A DNA stretch of 64,000 nucleotides from the NCBI GenBank assembly GCA_000002445.1, contig AL929603.2, positions 352,001 through 416,000 of the forward strand. The letters run 5' to 3'. The notes under the pieces are model-generated. The model was given only the letters and a program-made list of their open reading frames with translations, had not been told where the DNA came from and ran no database searches. This DNA is from Trypanosoma brucei (Eukaryota). Each line of letters begins with the position of its first letter. The stretch's first letter is position 1. Shown piece by piece: positions 33,710 to 42,805 of the stretch. The position numbers and the translations under genes were made by a program.

Positions 33710-36700
33710 ATGGTTTCTAAAGAGGAGAATGCGAACATCAAAAAGGGGGAGGAAAGCGACGCATATTTGCAGGAGCGTGGGATAAATAATATTATCGAGA
33801 ACCTTTTGCACGATATCACAAAATGTAGACCGGATGATCACTTGGAGTTTATGAAAGAGTGGTTGGCGACTCGAGAAACTGGAAAAAAAGAATTTTCTGA
33901 TGGGAATGAAGCGAAGCAGATGATCGAATCACCACTTGAACGCGAGGCGACAGTTGGGGAAACGAGTGAATTCATTTCGGAAACAGTTCCCGAATTTGCC
34001 TTTTTCCAACCCGTGAAGAAACCATCAACGGTGTCGTGGGCGCTGGGTGCACGCGGTGTTGACAGCAGTCGTGCATTATTTACCTCCTCCAGAAAATCTC
34101 CGCAACCAATCGACTCGGTTAACACCACATCATCATCTTCAGGCAGCTCGGCACTTCAAAACAATTTAAGTGTTGCTGCTCAAGGCGTTTCAATGTGGGT
34201 CCCTTCCGCTGCTCCTCTTAAGGCATCGCCAGCAATTCCATCCAATCCATTACCTTTATCACCCACAACATCAGAAGGGCTCGTGAGTTGTGGAGAGCTG
34301 CCGTCGTCAGTGAAAAAAATAATAGAAGGAGTGCGGGGACTGTCGCCAGCCGACCACACAGCAGTAATAGCGTTTATTGACGGTTTGGCTAACAGAGCAG
34401 CAACCACACGATTAGGAAGGAGAAAGTTGTCAAATACGCGGGGATCATTCGGGGTTAATTTCAACGTTGATAGTTGTGGTCCCACCATGAGCGAGGGAGC
34501 CGTGCCACCATGTATTAGTTTGTTAGTGGATGATGACGGTAATGTGGGAGGGGAACGTAAACTCTCTTCGGTTCAATTACAACAATTAGTTGGCGATGCC
34601 TTAACAACAAGCATGATTGCAACTGGGGAAATATTCATGGAGGAGGAAAGAGCGGGTCAGTTGTCGGCCTCCACCACCCAAGGGGCGAGCACATTAGGAA
34701 GGAGGGTGAAAAAAGGAAGTAACTTGCAATTGGCACGTTTTACCGATTGTTTTTCCATGAGTGATCAGATTCTTCCTGGTTCGAACGGCGGCGTCGGCAG
34801 CGGCTCGGGTCCCAATGACGGAGCAACGGATTTGTCGCAAATGTTTTCGAGTGTTGATGAGTTTGCTGCCGTTCCAGTTAGTTTTATTCAACAATATATG
34901 CAACACAGTCGGCTCTCCTCAACCGTTAGTAGGGTTGATAGCGAGTACTCTTCGGGGGCGACCGTCAGCAGTGAGGATGAGGTAAGTGTGTTGCGTAAAG
35001 CTTTTCGGGCATGTAAGCGCTTCTCCGACTATAGCGAAACAGAAATAGAGGTACTCGCTCGTAATGCGCAAAGGTTGGAACTGCTTGCTGGTCACACATG
35101 TAACTTCAAGGACTCCATTTTCTACGTGCATAGTGGTTTGCTCCGCGTAGAGAACAATGAAGGTGTTCTTCGTGAACTTCCGGCAGGAACCTTCCTTGAT
35201 GCTCAATCCTGCGAGCAGCTTAATGATGCTAGGGAGCCGCTCGAGGTGCGTGCAGTATCTGATGCACTAGTTTTGATGTTGAAGGACGAGGCATTGGGAA
35301 CCATTCAGGAGAACGAAAAAAAACTGAAAAAACGGATGTTCGTAAGATGCCTGCAGAAGTCACCGCTTTTTGCAACAGTCCCGCTGAAACTTCTGAAAAA
35401 CATAGCCAATTATATGCATGTGCGAACGGTGGTCCAGGGAAAGGTATTGTTACGGAAAGGAGAGCATGTGGATTGGCTTTCAGTAGTTATCAGTGGCACG
35501 GTTAGTAGAGTAGTAGCCGGTGGCAATGGGAATCATGAAGTATTGCCGCAGAATAAGCAGAAAGGTGGCCCATCATCCTGTGCTGCTCCGTACATTTTAC
35601 CACCCGAATCCCAGAGCGGATTTGAGTTTGGTGAGCTTGAACTTCTGTTTAACTCGCCGATGCTTACGGATGTTGTTGCAACGACACCGGTAACTCTGGC
35701 ACGAGTTTGCACAGCATTTGTACACTCACTGCTACCCCACCAAATAATCAACGATATGAAATACGCTGTTGCTACCAATCCATCAGCTGGACCTCTTTTG
35801 ACCATAGCACCGGATGCAGTTCGTCACTCAGTTAAGATGTTTATGGAGCATTACTGTCAGTCAAAACGGTTGGGTGGAAGCCGACTGCGCAAAAGAATTA
35901 GTGTTAGCTCAACCGGGACAAATTCTACAAGAGGATTTGCAGATAGCGTCAGATGTGGAGTACTCGCATCCGGAGCCAAAGCGAGTGGCGGAGCAAACAA
36001 TCTCAAAGTGAGTTCGGCGGGAGAGATTGTGTATGCTGGAAAATGTAATTATTACCGCTTTCCTATAGCTGCTCTTGGGTTGGGGAACACAGTAGTGGTT
36101 GCCGTTGTATCGGATGGTACAATTATCCGCTGGAATGATAGCGCCGAGCGCATCACGGGGTTTTCGAGGCAGCAAGTGCTTGGGCACAGCGTCTTCTCTT
36201 CACTCACTACCGATTCTGCCCGGCGCTCCATGCGTGAGCAGTTGAAACTCGTGCGAAACGTTGCTGGGAACTGGAACCAGTACGTCAGTGCGGGTCTTTC
36301 TTCTCCACAAGTGTATCGTTTTCGTCAGGCGTCTGGAACACACTCCGTTGGGTTACTTTTGAGTGTTATTCCTTCTTCTGCGGGGTCCAATGAAGATGTT
36401 TTGTTACTTGTCGGGCGTGAAGCGGATAACAATGCCATGACAAGTTACGTTGAGGATACCACCCGGTGGTTGAATGACGTTCTGCGGCCGCAGCTGTCGG
36501 CGTTCCGTAAACGTGTGTGTGAATATGAAGAAAGGAAGTGGAATATTACTTTGGAGGAAGGCGCAAAGCTTCATGGCTATGTGGAGGCGTGTAACCAACT
36601 TATGGACCGTTACATGCGCCTTGCTAACCTAAACAAACATTCAGTAGATGCTCTGTGGAAACCGGTGCGGATGCAAAATGTGTTACGACAGTTTCTGCAG

Positions 36701-38938
36701 GAGGTGACACCTCATGTACAGCGGGCTGGGAACAAGCTTACCACAGACGTTGTGGCAGGGCCCAAGGGCGAGGTATTTCTTCATGTGGAATACGTGCTGG
36801 ATGTACTGCGTGGAATGGTACTTGATGCTAACAAGAATAGACCCAACTATCATATGCATATCGTTGTTGAGGCTGTTTTGCCCACCACTATGCATCAGGA
36901 TAGTACAACAATGCCCTGCCAGGGTGAAAAGTCCACTTCCTGTGACTTGGCATTTCACTCCGTCTTGGATCAATCGCGAGTGAGTCTCGACACACCCCAC
37001 TGCACAACATCGCAAATAACCGCGAGTGAAGACAGCATTCGACAACGCTCTGCTCACTCTCCCCGGCAATTAAGTAAATGGCCCTCATATATGCAGCTTA
37101 TTCGGTTTATATTTACGATTAGCGAAAGTGAGTCCGGCCTTTCGATGGCGAATGATAACACCAGTGGTGGGGCAGCTACCACCCCAAGTGGTGAAGTCCC
37201 GCGTAGCAGCAAAATTCATCATAGTTTTTATGCAGGAAAGGAATGTGGAGACCTTGTTGCTGCGATGGGAGGTGAGGTTTTTTCCGAGCAACGTGGAATG
37301 AACGGTTCGGGTCATTGTGTTACGGTAGAACTACCGCTATTACCGACGCCTTGGGAAGAGGAGGACGACGAAGATGAGGCACCTACATCTTCTACTACAG
37401 GACCGCCATTTGCTGTTATTCTTGCTGACAAGAATGAGAAGGAGCGCAACAGTGTCTGTAAATTGTTGTGGGCACGTCGGCACCCTGTTTTTTCTGTATC
37501 GTCATTGTCGGAAGTGATGATGAGGATTGAAAGCCCGGACATTGGTCTTCTCATTATAGATCCGTGTCATTTAGATATGACAGAGGGGGAAAGCAAGACA
37601 TTTGCCAAAGCTCCCTACCCATTCAACATGGAACATGGGGGAAATCATTTCGTTGTCCTTATTTACACCGAAGACTTCGACGACTGGAGGGTGCAAAAAA
37701 TGAAGAAGTGCAGTCACGTGATTGAGTTGCCCAAGCCAGCAACTACTTCACTGCTTCACTCCACTTTGTATGAAGCGGAGCGTATGGTTATTCGTGTGCG
37801 AGAGTACGAGGAGCGTGTGGCTCAAATGAGGTCTGCCTTTCGTGAGTTCCAAGCTGAGAGGTATGAAATGGGTAAAGTATTGGGCAGAGGATCGTATGGT
37901 GAGGTTTATGAAGTCGTTGATCGACTCACAGGTGGAAAGTTAGCCGTAAAGCGCATGACTCTTAGCGATGGTTTATTGGCTGCAGATGTTGCTGAGGAAT
38001 TTCTGTCTGTGACATCTATGCGGCATAAAAACATGATTCATTACTTCTATTGTGAGCAAGAGAGTGAGACAGTGCTGCGGTTATATATGGAGTTGGCATC
38101 TGGTGGGACTCTTAAAGATAAGATCCGTCAACATGGTGGACCGCTTCCGCTCCCAACTGTTGTGCAATACCTTGAGGATCTTTGTGACGGACTCGCTTAT
38201 ATCCACTCCAATTTGTTCGTGCATGGGGATATTAAAACTGCGAATGCGCTAGTTGATCAATATGGTCGTGTTAAAATTGGTGATTTTGGTACCGCAAAGC
38301 GTCTCAAACGAAAATCGGAAAAACTTTACAAATTTGTCGGAACCCCGCGTTTTATGGCACCCGAGCTCATTAACGCGGACGCCACACAGGGACATGGCTA
38401 CGATCAAAAGGGAGATATTTGGTCACTTGGATGTGTTGCTTTGGAGTTAGCGACGGGGAAACCACCATTTTGGCATATTGAAGAGGCACAAGGTATAGGT
38501 ATATTCAACTTCCTGATTAATTTGAAGGAAACACCAGATTTGTCGATAATCGAACATAGCGATCCTGACTTTTATGCATTTGTGAGGAGGTGCCTCCATG
38601 TTGATCCCAAGGAGCGACCAACAGCGCAGGAGTTATTGACAAGTAATCTCTTTCAGCGTGCGGGGACGAGTGTGAGGGATATGAGGTTGGCGCAGCAAAT
38701 ACAAGCTGCAACGAAGTTACATGAATATGCGGCGCTTAAGGAAGACAATAGTGACGATGAGAATGACGATGACGATGACGATGAAGATGATGATGATGAC
38801 GATATGTTCGTGGAGTGTGATTTTCCGTTAGTGTTCTCTGGAGTTGGCACATTTCCAAATGGCGACCAAAATGTTGCGACGAGTAACCGTGGCAATATTG
38901 ATAACGAAAAGAAAGGAACTGCAAAATTGAGTGGGTGA
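33710..38938 (+). CDS. Giant multidomain Ser/Thr protein kinase (1742 aa): RIIa-like docking domain, two cNMP-binding-like folds, PAS, histidine-kinase-like core, receiver-like domain, STE-type kinase, poly-Asp tail
   Basis: ATG start. Kinase subdomains are clear: LGRGSYGEV (Gly loop), LAVKRM (VAIK), HGDIKTAN (catalytic loop, non-RD), KIGDFGTAK (DFG), GTPRFMAPE (APE). Other domains are listed below as separate features. Confidence 0.9.
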   Translation: MVSKEENANIKKGEESDAYLQERGINNIIENLLHDITKCRPDDHLEFMKEWLATRETGKKEFSDGNEAKQMIESPLEREATVGETSEFISETVPEFAFFQPVKKPSTVSWALGARGVDSSRALFTSSRKSPQPIDSVNTTSSSSGSSALQNNLSVAAQGVSMWVPSAAPLKASPAIPSNPLPLSPTTSEGLVSCGELPSSVKKIIEGVRGLSPADHTAVIAFIDGLANRAATTRLGRRKLSNTRGSFGVNFNVDSCGPTMSEGAVPPCISLLVDDDGNVGGERKLSSVQLQQLVGDALTTSMIATGEIFMEEERAGQLSASTTQGASTLGRRVKKGSNLQLARFTDCFSMSDQILPGSNGGVGSGSGPNDGATDLSQMFSSVDEFAAVPVSFIQQYMQHSRLSSTVSRVDSEYSSGATVSSEDEVSVLRKAFRACKRFSDYSETEIEVLARNAQRLELLAGHTCNFKDSIFYVHSGLLRVENNEGVLRELPAGTFLDAQSCEQLNDAREPLEVRAVSDALVLMLKDEALGTIQENEKKLKKRMFVRCLQKSPLFATVPLKLLKNIANYMHVRTVVQGKVLLRKGEHVDWLSVVISGTVSRVVAGGNGNHEVLPQNKQKGGPSSCAAPYILPPESQSGFEFGELELLFNSPMLTDVVATTPVTLARVCTAFVHSLLPHQIINDMKYAVATNPSAGPLLTIAPDAVRHSVKMFMEHYCQSKRLGGSRLRKRISVSSTGTNSTRGFADSVRCGVLASGAKASGGANNLKVSSAGEIVYAGKCNYYRFPIAALGLGNTVVVAVVSDGTIIRWNDSAERITGFSRQQVLGHSVFSSLTTDSARRSMREQLKLVRNVAGNWNQYVSAGLSSPQVYRFRQASGTHSVGLLLSVIPSSAGSNEDVLLLVGREADNNAMTSYVEDTTRWLNDVLRPQLSAFRKRVCEYEERKWNITLEEGAKLHGYVEACNQLMDRYMRLANLNKHSVDALWKPVRMQNVLRQFLQEVTPHVQRAGNKLTTDVVAGPKGEVFLHVEYVLDVLRGMVLDANKNRPNYHMHIVVEAVLPTTMHQDSTTMPCQGEKSTSCDLAFHSVLDQSRVSLDTPHCTTSQITASEDSIRQRSAHSPRQLSKWPSYMQLIRFIFTISESESGLSMANDNTSGGAATTPSGEVPRSSKIHHSFYAGKECGDLVAAMGGEVFSEQRGMNGSGHCVTVELPLLPTPWEEEDDEDEAPTSSTTGPPFAVILADKNEKERNSVCKLLWARRHPVFSVSSLSEVMMRIESPDIGLLIIDPCHLDMTEGESKTFAKAPYPFNMEHGGNHFVVLIYTEDFDDWRVQKMKKCSHVIELPKPATTSLLHSTLYEAERMVIRVREYEERVAQMRSAFREFQAERYEMGKVLGRGSYGEVYEVVDRLTGGKLAVKRMTLSDGLLAADVAEEFLSVTSMRHKNMIHYFYCEQESETVLRLYMELASGGTLKDKIRQHGGPLPLPTVVQYLEDLCDGLAYIHSNLFVHGDIKTANALVDQYGRVKIGDFGTAKRLKRKSEKLYKFVGTPRFMAPELINADATQGHGYDQKGDIWSLGCVALELATGKPPFWHIEEAQGIGIFNFLINLKETPDLSIIEHSDPDFYAFVRRCLHVDPKERPTAQELLTSNLFQRAGTSVRDMRLAQQIQAATKLHEYAALKEDNSDDENDDDDDDEDDDDDDMFVECDFPLVFSGVGTFPNGDQNVATSNRGNIDNEKKGTAKLSG
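33758..33880 (+). other. RIIa-like dimerisation/docking domain (aa 17-57)
   Basis: The stretch LQERGINNIIENLLHDITKCRPDDHLEFMKEWLATRE resembles the PKA RII N-terminal DD helix pair (e.g. ..[30 protein letters not shown]). Confidence 0.5.
34982..35749 (+). other. Two tandem cyclic-nucleotide-binding-like folds (aa 425-680); the second retains FGELELL but lacks the phosphate-binding Arg
   Basis: Domain 2 reads FEFGELELLFNSPMLTDVVATTPVTLARV. It has a canonical beta-barrel/PBC layout with Glu present, but the PRAAT Arg is replaced by PMLTD. Domain 1 is more degenerate (FLDAQSCEQL). Confidence 0.55.
36032..36409 (+). other. PAS domain (aa 775-900)
   Basis: The stretch VVVAVVSDGTIIRWNDSAERITGFSRQQVLGHSVFSSLTTDS ... 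VGLLLSVIP...DVLLLVGRE shows the classic PAS sensor pattern. Confidence 0.65.
36443..37348 (+). other. Degenerate histidine-kinase core: DHp-like helix with His replaced by Asp, plus HATPase_c-like N-box and G2-box (aa 912-1213)
   Basis: WLNDVLRPQLSAF matches the H-box sHELRTPLnAi, with Asp where the phospho-His sits. VRMQNVLRQFLQEV matches the X-region. HVEYVLDVLRGMVLDANKNRPNYHMHIVVE matches the N-box (RL.QVL.NLl.NAiKyT..G.I.V). GDLVAAMGGEVFSEQRGMNGSGHCVTVELPLLP matches the G2/G3 region (GLGLaIv..lve.hGG.i.v.S..G.Gs.F.f.lPl). These are by-eye matches only. Confidence 0.45.
37400..37744 (+). other. Receiver (CheY-like REC)-like domain (aa 1231-1345)
   Basis: FAVILADKNE matches beta1 and the acidic pocket. 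GLLIIDPCHLDMTEG matches beta3 with a phospho-acceptor-position Asp. VVLIYTED matches beta4 with the conserved Thr. HVIELPKPA matches beta5 with the conserved Lys-Pro. Confidence 0.45.
37862..38659 (+). other. STE/MAP3K-like Ser/Thr kinase catalytic domain (aa 1385-1650), followed by a poly-Asp tail at 38747-38803
   Basis: All core kinase motifs are present. GTPxxMAPE is typical of the STE group. HGD replaces HRD. The acidic run DDENDDDDDDEDDDDDD is encoded by GAT/GAC repeats. Confidence 0.8.
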
Positions 38939-38974
38939 AATGGACGATATCGTATGACTTGGTGTACATAAATA

Positions 38975-39006
<32 letters not shown>

Positions 39007-40423
39007 GCGTGTGTGTGTTTGTGTCGTTTCTGTCTTTAGGGGTCCCGCAATGAACGAGGGAAATTTTAGCAACATGTCCTCATGTTTTTTTTTATTATTT
39101 GACTCTGATAATTGTGAAAAGATGCAACCGCGGAAGCGGCGCAACTTGTGCTTTACTTTTTTTAATTCTCCCCTCCTTTGTCTTTCCTCAATTTTTTTTG
39201 TTTATTTATTTAATAACTTATTTACTTGTTTGGGCTTTTATGCAGGGCAATGGTGGAGCAAACATTGAATAAAAAGTAATTGTTAATTAGTCAAATGAGG
39301 CACGCGTATGTACATTTGTGTTTTTATATATTATGAAGGAGTAATATGTTGCTTAGAGAGAAAAAAAAAAAGAGAGAGAGAGAGAGAGGCCTCTTACATG
39401 CAGGTTCCAAGCAAATTAAAAAGATTTTCCACATATGAAAAAAGAAAAAAGAAAAAAGAAAGAAAGGAGAAAACTTCGCAGTTATGCGTAGGTGGTATAA
39501 TTTATTTACGTGAGTGCGTGGGGAAAGCGGAGGGGGGGGAAGGGAAAATAATAAAAAGAATGAAGTTTTTTTTTTAGCTTTTGTCTTTTTTCCCCCGTTA
39601 TCGTTTAGTTATTTACGGGATTGAGCGATTACATTTTCCTAGTTGCGCTCGCTTACACAAATAAATGAAGGGATGTAAAACAAAACAAAACAAAAAAGGA
39701 AAAATAATAACAAAAAAATAGAATAGTAGAGGAAGTCAAACATGTGGTGGATGGTTATGCGGTGTCTTTTTGTTTTTAATTTTTACCTACACGGTGGTTA
39801 TTATAAGTTTTTTCGTTTGCTTTGTTGAACCCCATGTGAAATGATCGCAACATGCGGGCGTAATATATAAATACATAAATATAAATAAAAAATAAATGAA
39901 AAAAAATGGTTTTGGAGTGTTTGCGTTTATATATAAAATGCGGATATCATATTGTCCGGAAACACAGAACTTTCTTTTATATATATATATATATCTTTTT
40001 TTTTTGTAAAGAAAAAAAATTGTATGGGAGCTAAAAGGAGAAGGTTGACCCCGTGAGATCGCGTTATTTTAAACATAAATGAGCGAAACCGGAATGAAAG
40101 AAACATGTGTAACAATAAATTATAATGAGCGGAGCTGAACACATCCAAAAGTCCTTTTTTTTAAAAAAAAGGGAGGGAAGAAGAGTAAATAAATAAAATT
40201 ATTTATTTATATAAAAAAATGTAAACATGTAAATAGATAGGAATAAAAGAGCGAAAAGGGAAGAATTAAGAGAAGACAGAACAGAACACATTTCGGGTTG
40301 TATATATTTTTTAGACGTGAGTTTCGCACCTTTGAAAGGTATTTTTAAATAGGAAATTGCTTTGTTTGTTTGTTTGTATGTTTTTTTTCTTTTTTTTAAT
40401 ACCCCCCTTTGAAAGAAACATAA

Positions 40424-40469
<46 letters not shown>

Positions 40470-42805
40470 GAAGAAGGAGAAGTTATATAGGTGAAAAATG
40501 TTATGAATTTATGTGCGGATATTTGGAAGAAAAAAAAAGAAAGAGCTGGGAACGAGCGAAAGCAATGCCCCCAAACGGTAACTTATAAAAGAAAGAAGAT
40601 GATTAACAACAAAAGAAAAAAACTGTAAGGGGGGGGGGTAAAGGCGAAATAGAATGGAAAAAGGAAAGGTGAAGAGAGGGGGGGGAAGTTATAATATCAT
40701 TTTTTTTTTTTGAAAAAAATTAAAACTGAAAAAGCATTAAGAAAAAAAAATCCTCTTTACGCACAGAGCGTACGTTTCTTTCCCTTTTTTTTATAAGAAA
40801 AAAAACTTATTTCCTCATTCCTTTTTTTTTTCTCTCTTCCGTTTCGTTTCACTGCCTTCTGTTTTCTGGGCTGAGGATTTGTAGTTGATTGCGACATGTA
40901 AATGAATATACATAACATACGCATACTAATGTAAATGTACGAATTTTAAAAAAATTATAATTTATCATTATTACATAACTAAGCACATGCTTAAATAAGA
41001 AATTTACGGGAGAAGAGTAATAAATGATGAGTTGATGAACCTCAAAAGAAAAATCAAATAAAATAAAGGGGCAGCGGTACGGTGATGTTTTTGCTAAATG
41101 CACTTATAAATAAAAATTTATATTCTTATTTACACTCATGTTTCCAGTTTTAGGCACTTATTTATGAACCTATGTATTTTTTGTTAGGTTTATTCATTCA
41201 CTTATCGAGTTACTAATTTCATTTTCATCATGATCATGACAATAACGGTTTTTAGGTGAATTTTTAAGATTATTTTTGTCGTTGCATATTTCGTTTGGAT
41301 TTTTTTTTACCGTTTTCCACTTTTTTCGCTTGTTTGTTTGTTGCTGTTCCTTTCGACTTTCTTACATTTGAGCAATTCATTAGAAAAAAAAAGGAAAATG
41401 GATCACTGTGGATTGCCAACCAGTGGGATGGGATTGCTACATAACTTTGCCCATTACTCCTTTCTTTTTCTTTTTTTTTTAACTCACTCCCTCCTTTCAT
41501 TTCCGCTCCAATTGTAATTACAACTGCGGTTCAGTACTTTTACTATTATTATTATTATTATTGCCTTTGAAGTTATACGTTCCAGTTTTTATACATGTAT
41601 TTATACTCAATACCTCCTTTTTTCCTTTTTTTTCTTTTGTGTGCGTGTTTTAGTTGTGCTAACTGTTATTAGTTGTGTCTCTTTCTTCTTGTCCTTTATT
41701 ACAACTGCTTCATCTTTTTCTCTTTTTGGCTTTCTCTCTCTCTCTTTCTCTTTCTTTCTTTGTTTTTGCCTCTTTAATTAGTTTTCTTTGTGTGTTAATG
41801 TTAGGTCTAGTCTATTATTATTATGTCATCTTATTAGTGCTGGTGCTATAAGTAACTGAGGATTCCTCACTTCATTTTCTCGCACTCATTCCATTTACCA
41901 CAGTTTTTAAACACACATGTTAATATTTACACACACACCTACAGAAGGAAAAGGAAGGAATAGGAAGGAAAGAGAGAAATGAAGGGGAAATTTGCACCCC
42001 GTAGCGATGCATATGTGAAATAATCGCATCATTAAAAATACAATAATAATAATTATTATTATTATTTTCACTATGAGGTATAAAAAATGCAGGATTACCG
42101 CTGTTGTTGTTTTACCTTTCTCAGGGGGTTTGTGCACTCGTCACTGCATTTATGAGTTGTAGTCCCATAAACCTCTTGTGAAGAGGTAATGCGACAGGAA
42201 CTAAGGGATACGAAAGAAATATTATCGATAGTGATGTTAATATTACTGTTATTACCCTTAAGTATATTTATTTATTTATTTAAAAAAAAGAAATGGTGAA
42301 CAAATGGCGGAAACTATTGAATAAGTTGTGATGTGCGGGATATTTGCTACTTAATTGTCTTTTATTTTCTAGTTGCATTGTCGTTACATTCCACGCATGG
42401 TTAAAAGGGCTCGGCAAATCTTCATATATATATATATATCATTCTGTCTTATGTGTTTCCCTTTTTTTCTTTTAATATTTTTGTGTCATAGTTTATTTTT
42501 TTTTCCCGTGCTTGTCTCCCTATTTTCATTTTTTTTTGTTTTGGTTCTGAGCGCACGTGGTGGTAGTTGAATGTTTTGTGTTCTTTCGAACTTTGTTGGG
42601 CCCTTCTTTCATTTCTTTGTAACTTCTTTTTTCTCAAAAAAAAAAATGTATGCATAATAATATAATACCCTGTGCTGAAGTGTAAGTAGGTTGCAACGAT
42701 TCACATGTTTCGACGTAGGAGAGCATTTCCACTCTTTTTTTTTCTCTCTTTTGCATATATAATTAACGGGATCACTCAAGGCTTTGCGTGAGAAGGTTAT
42801 TGAGA

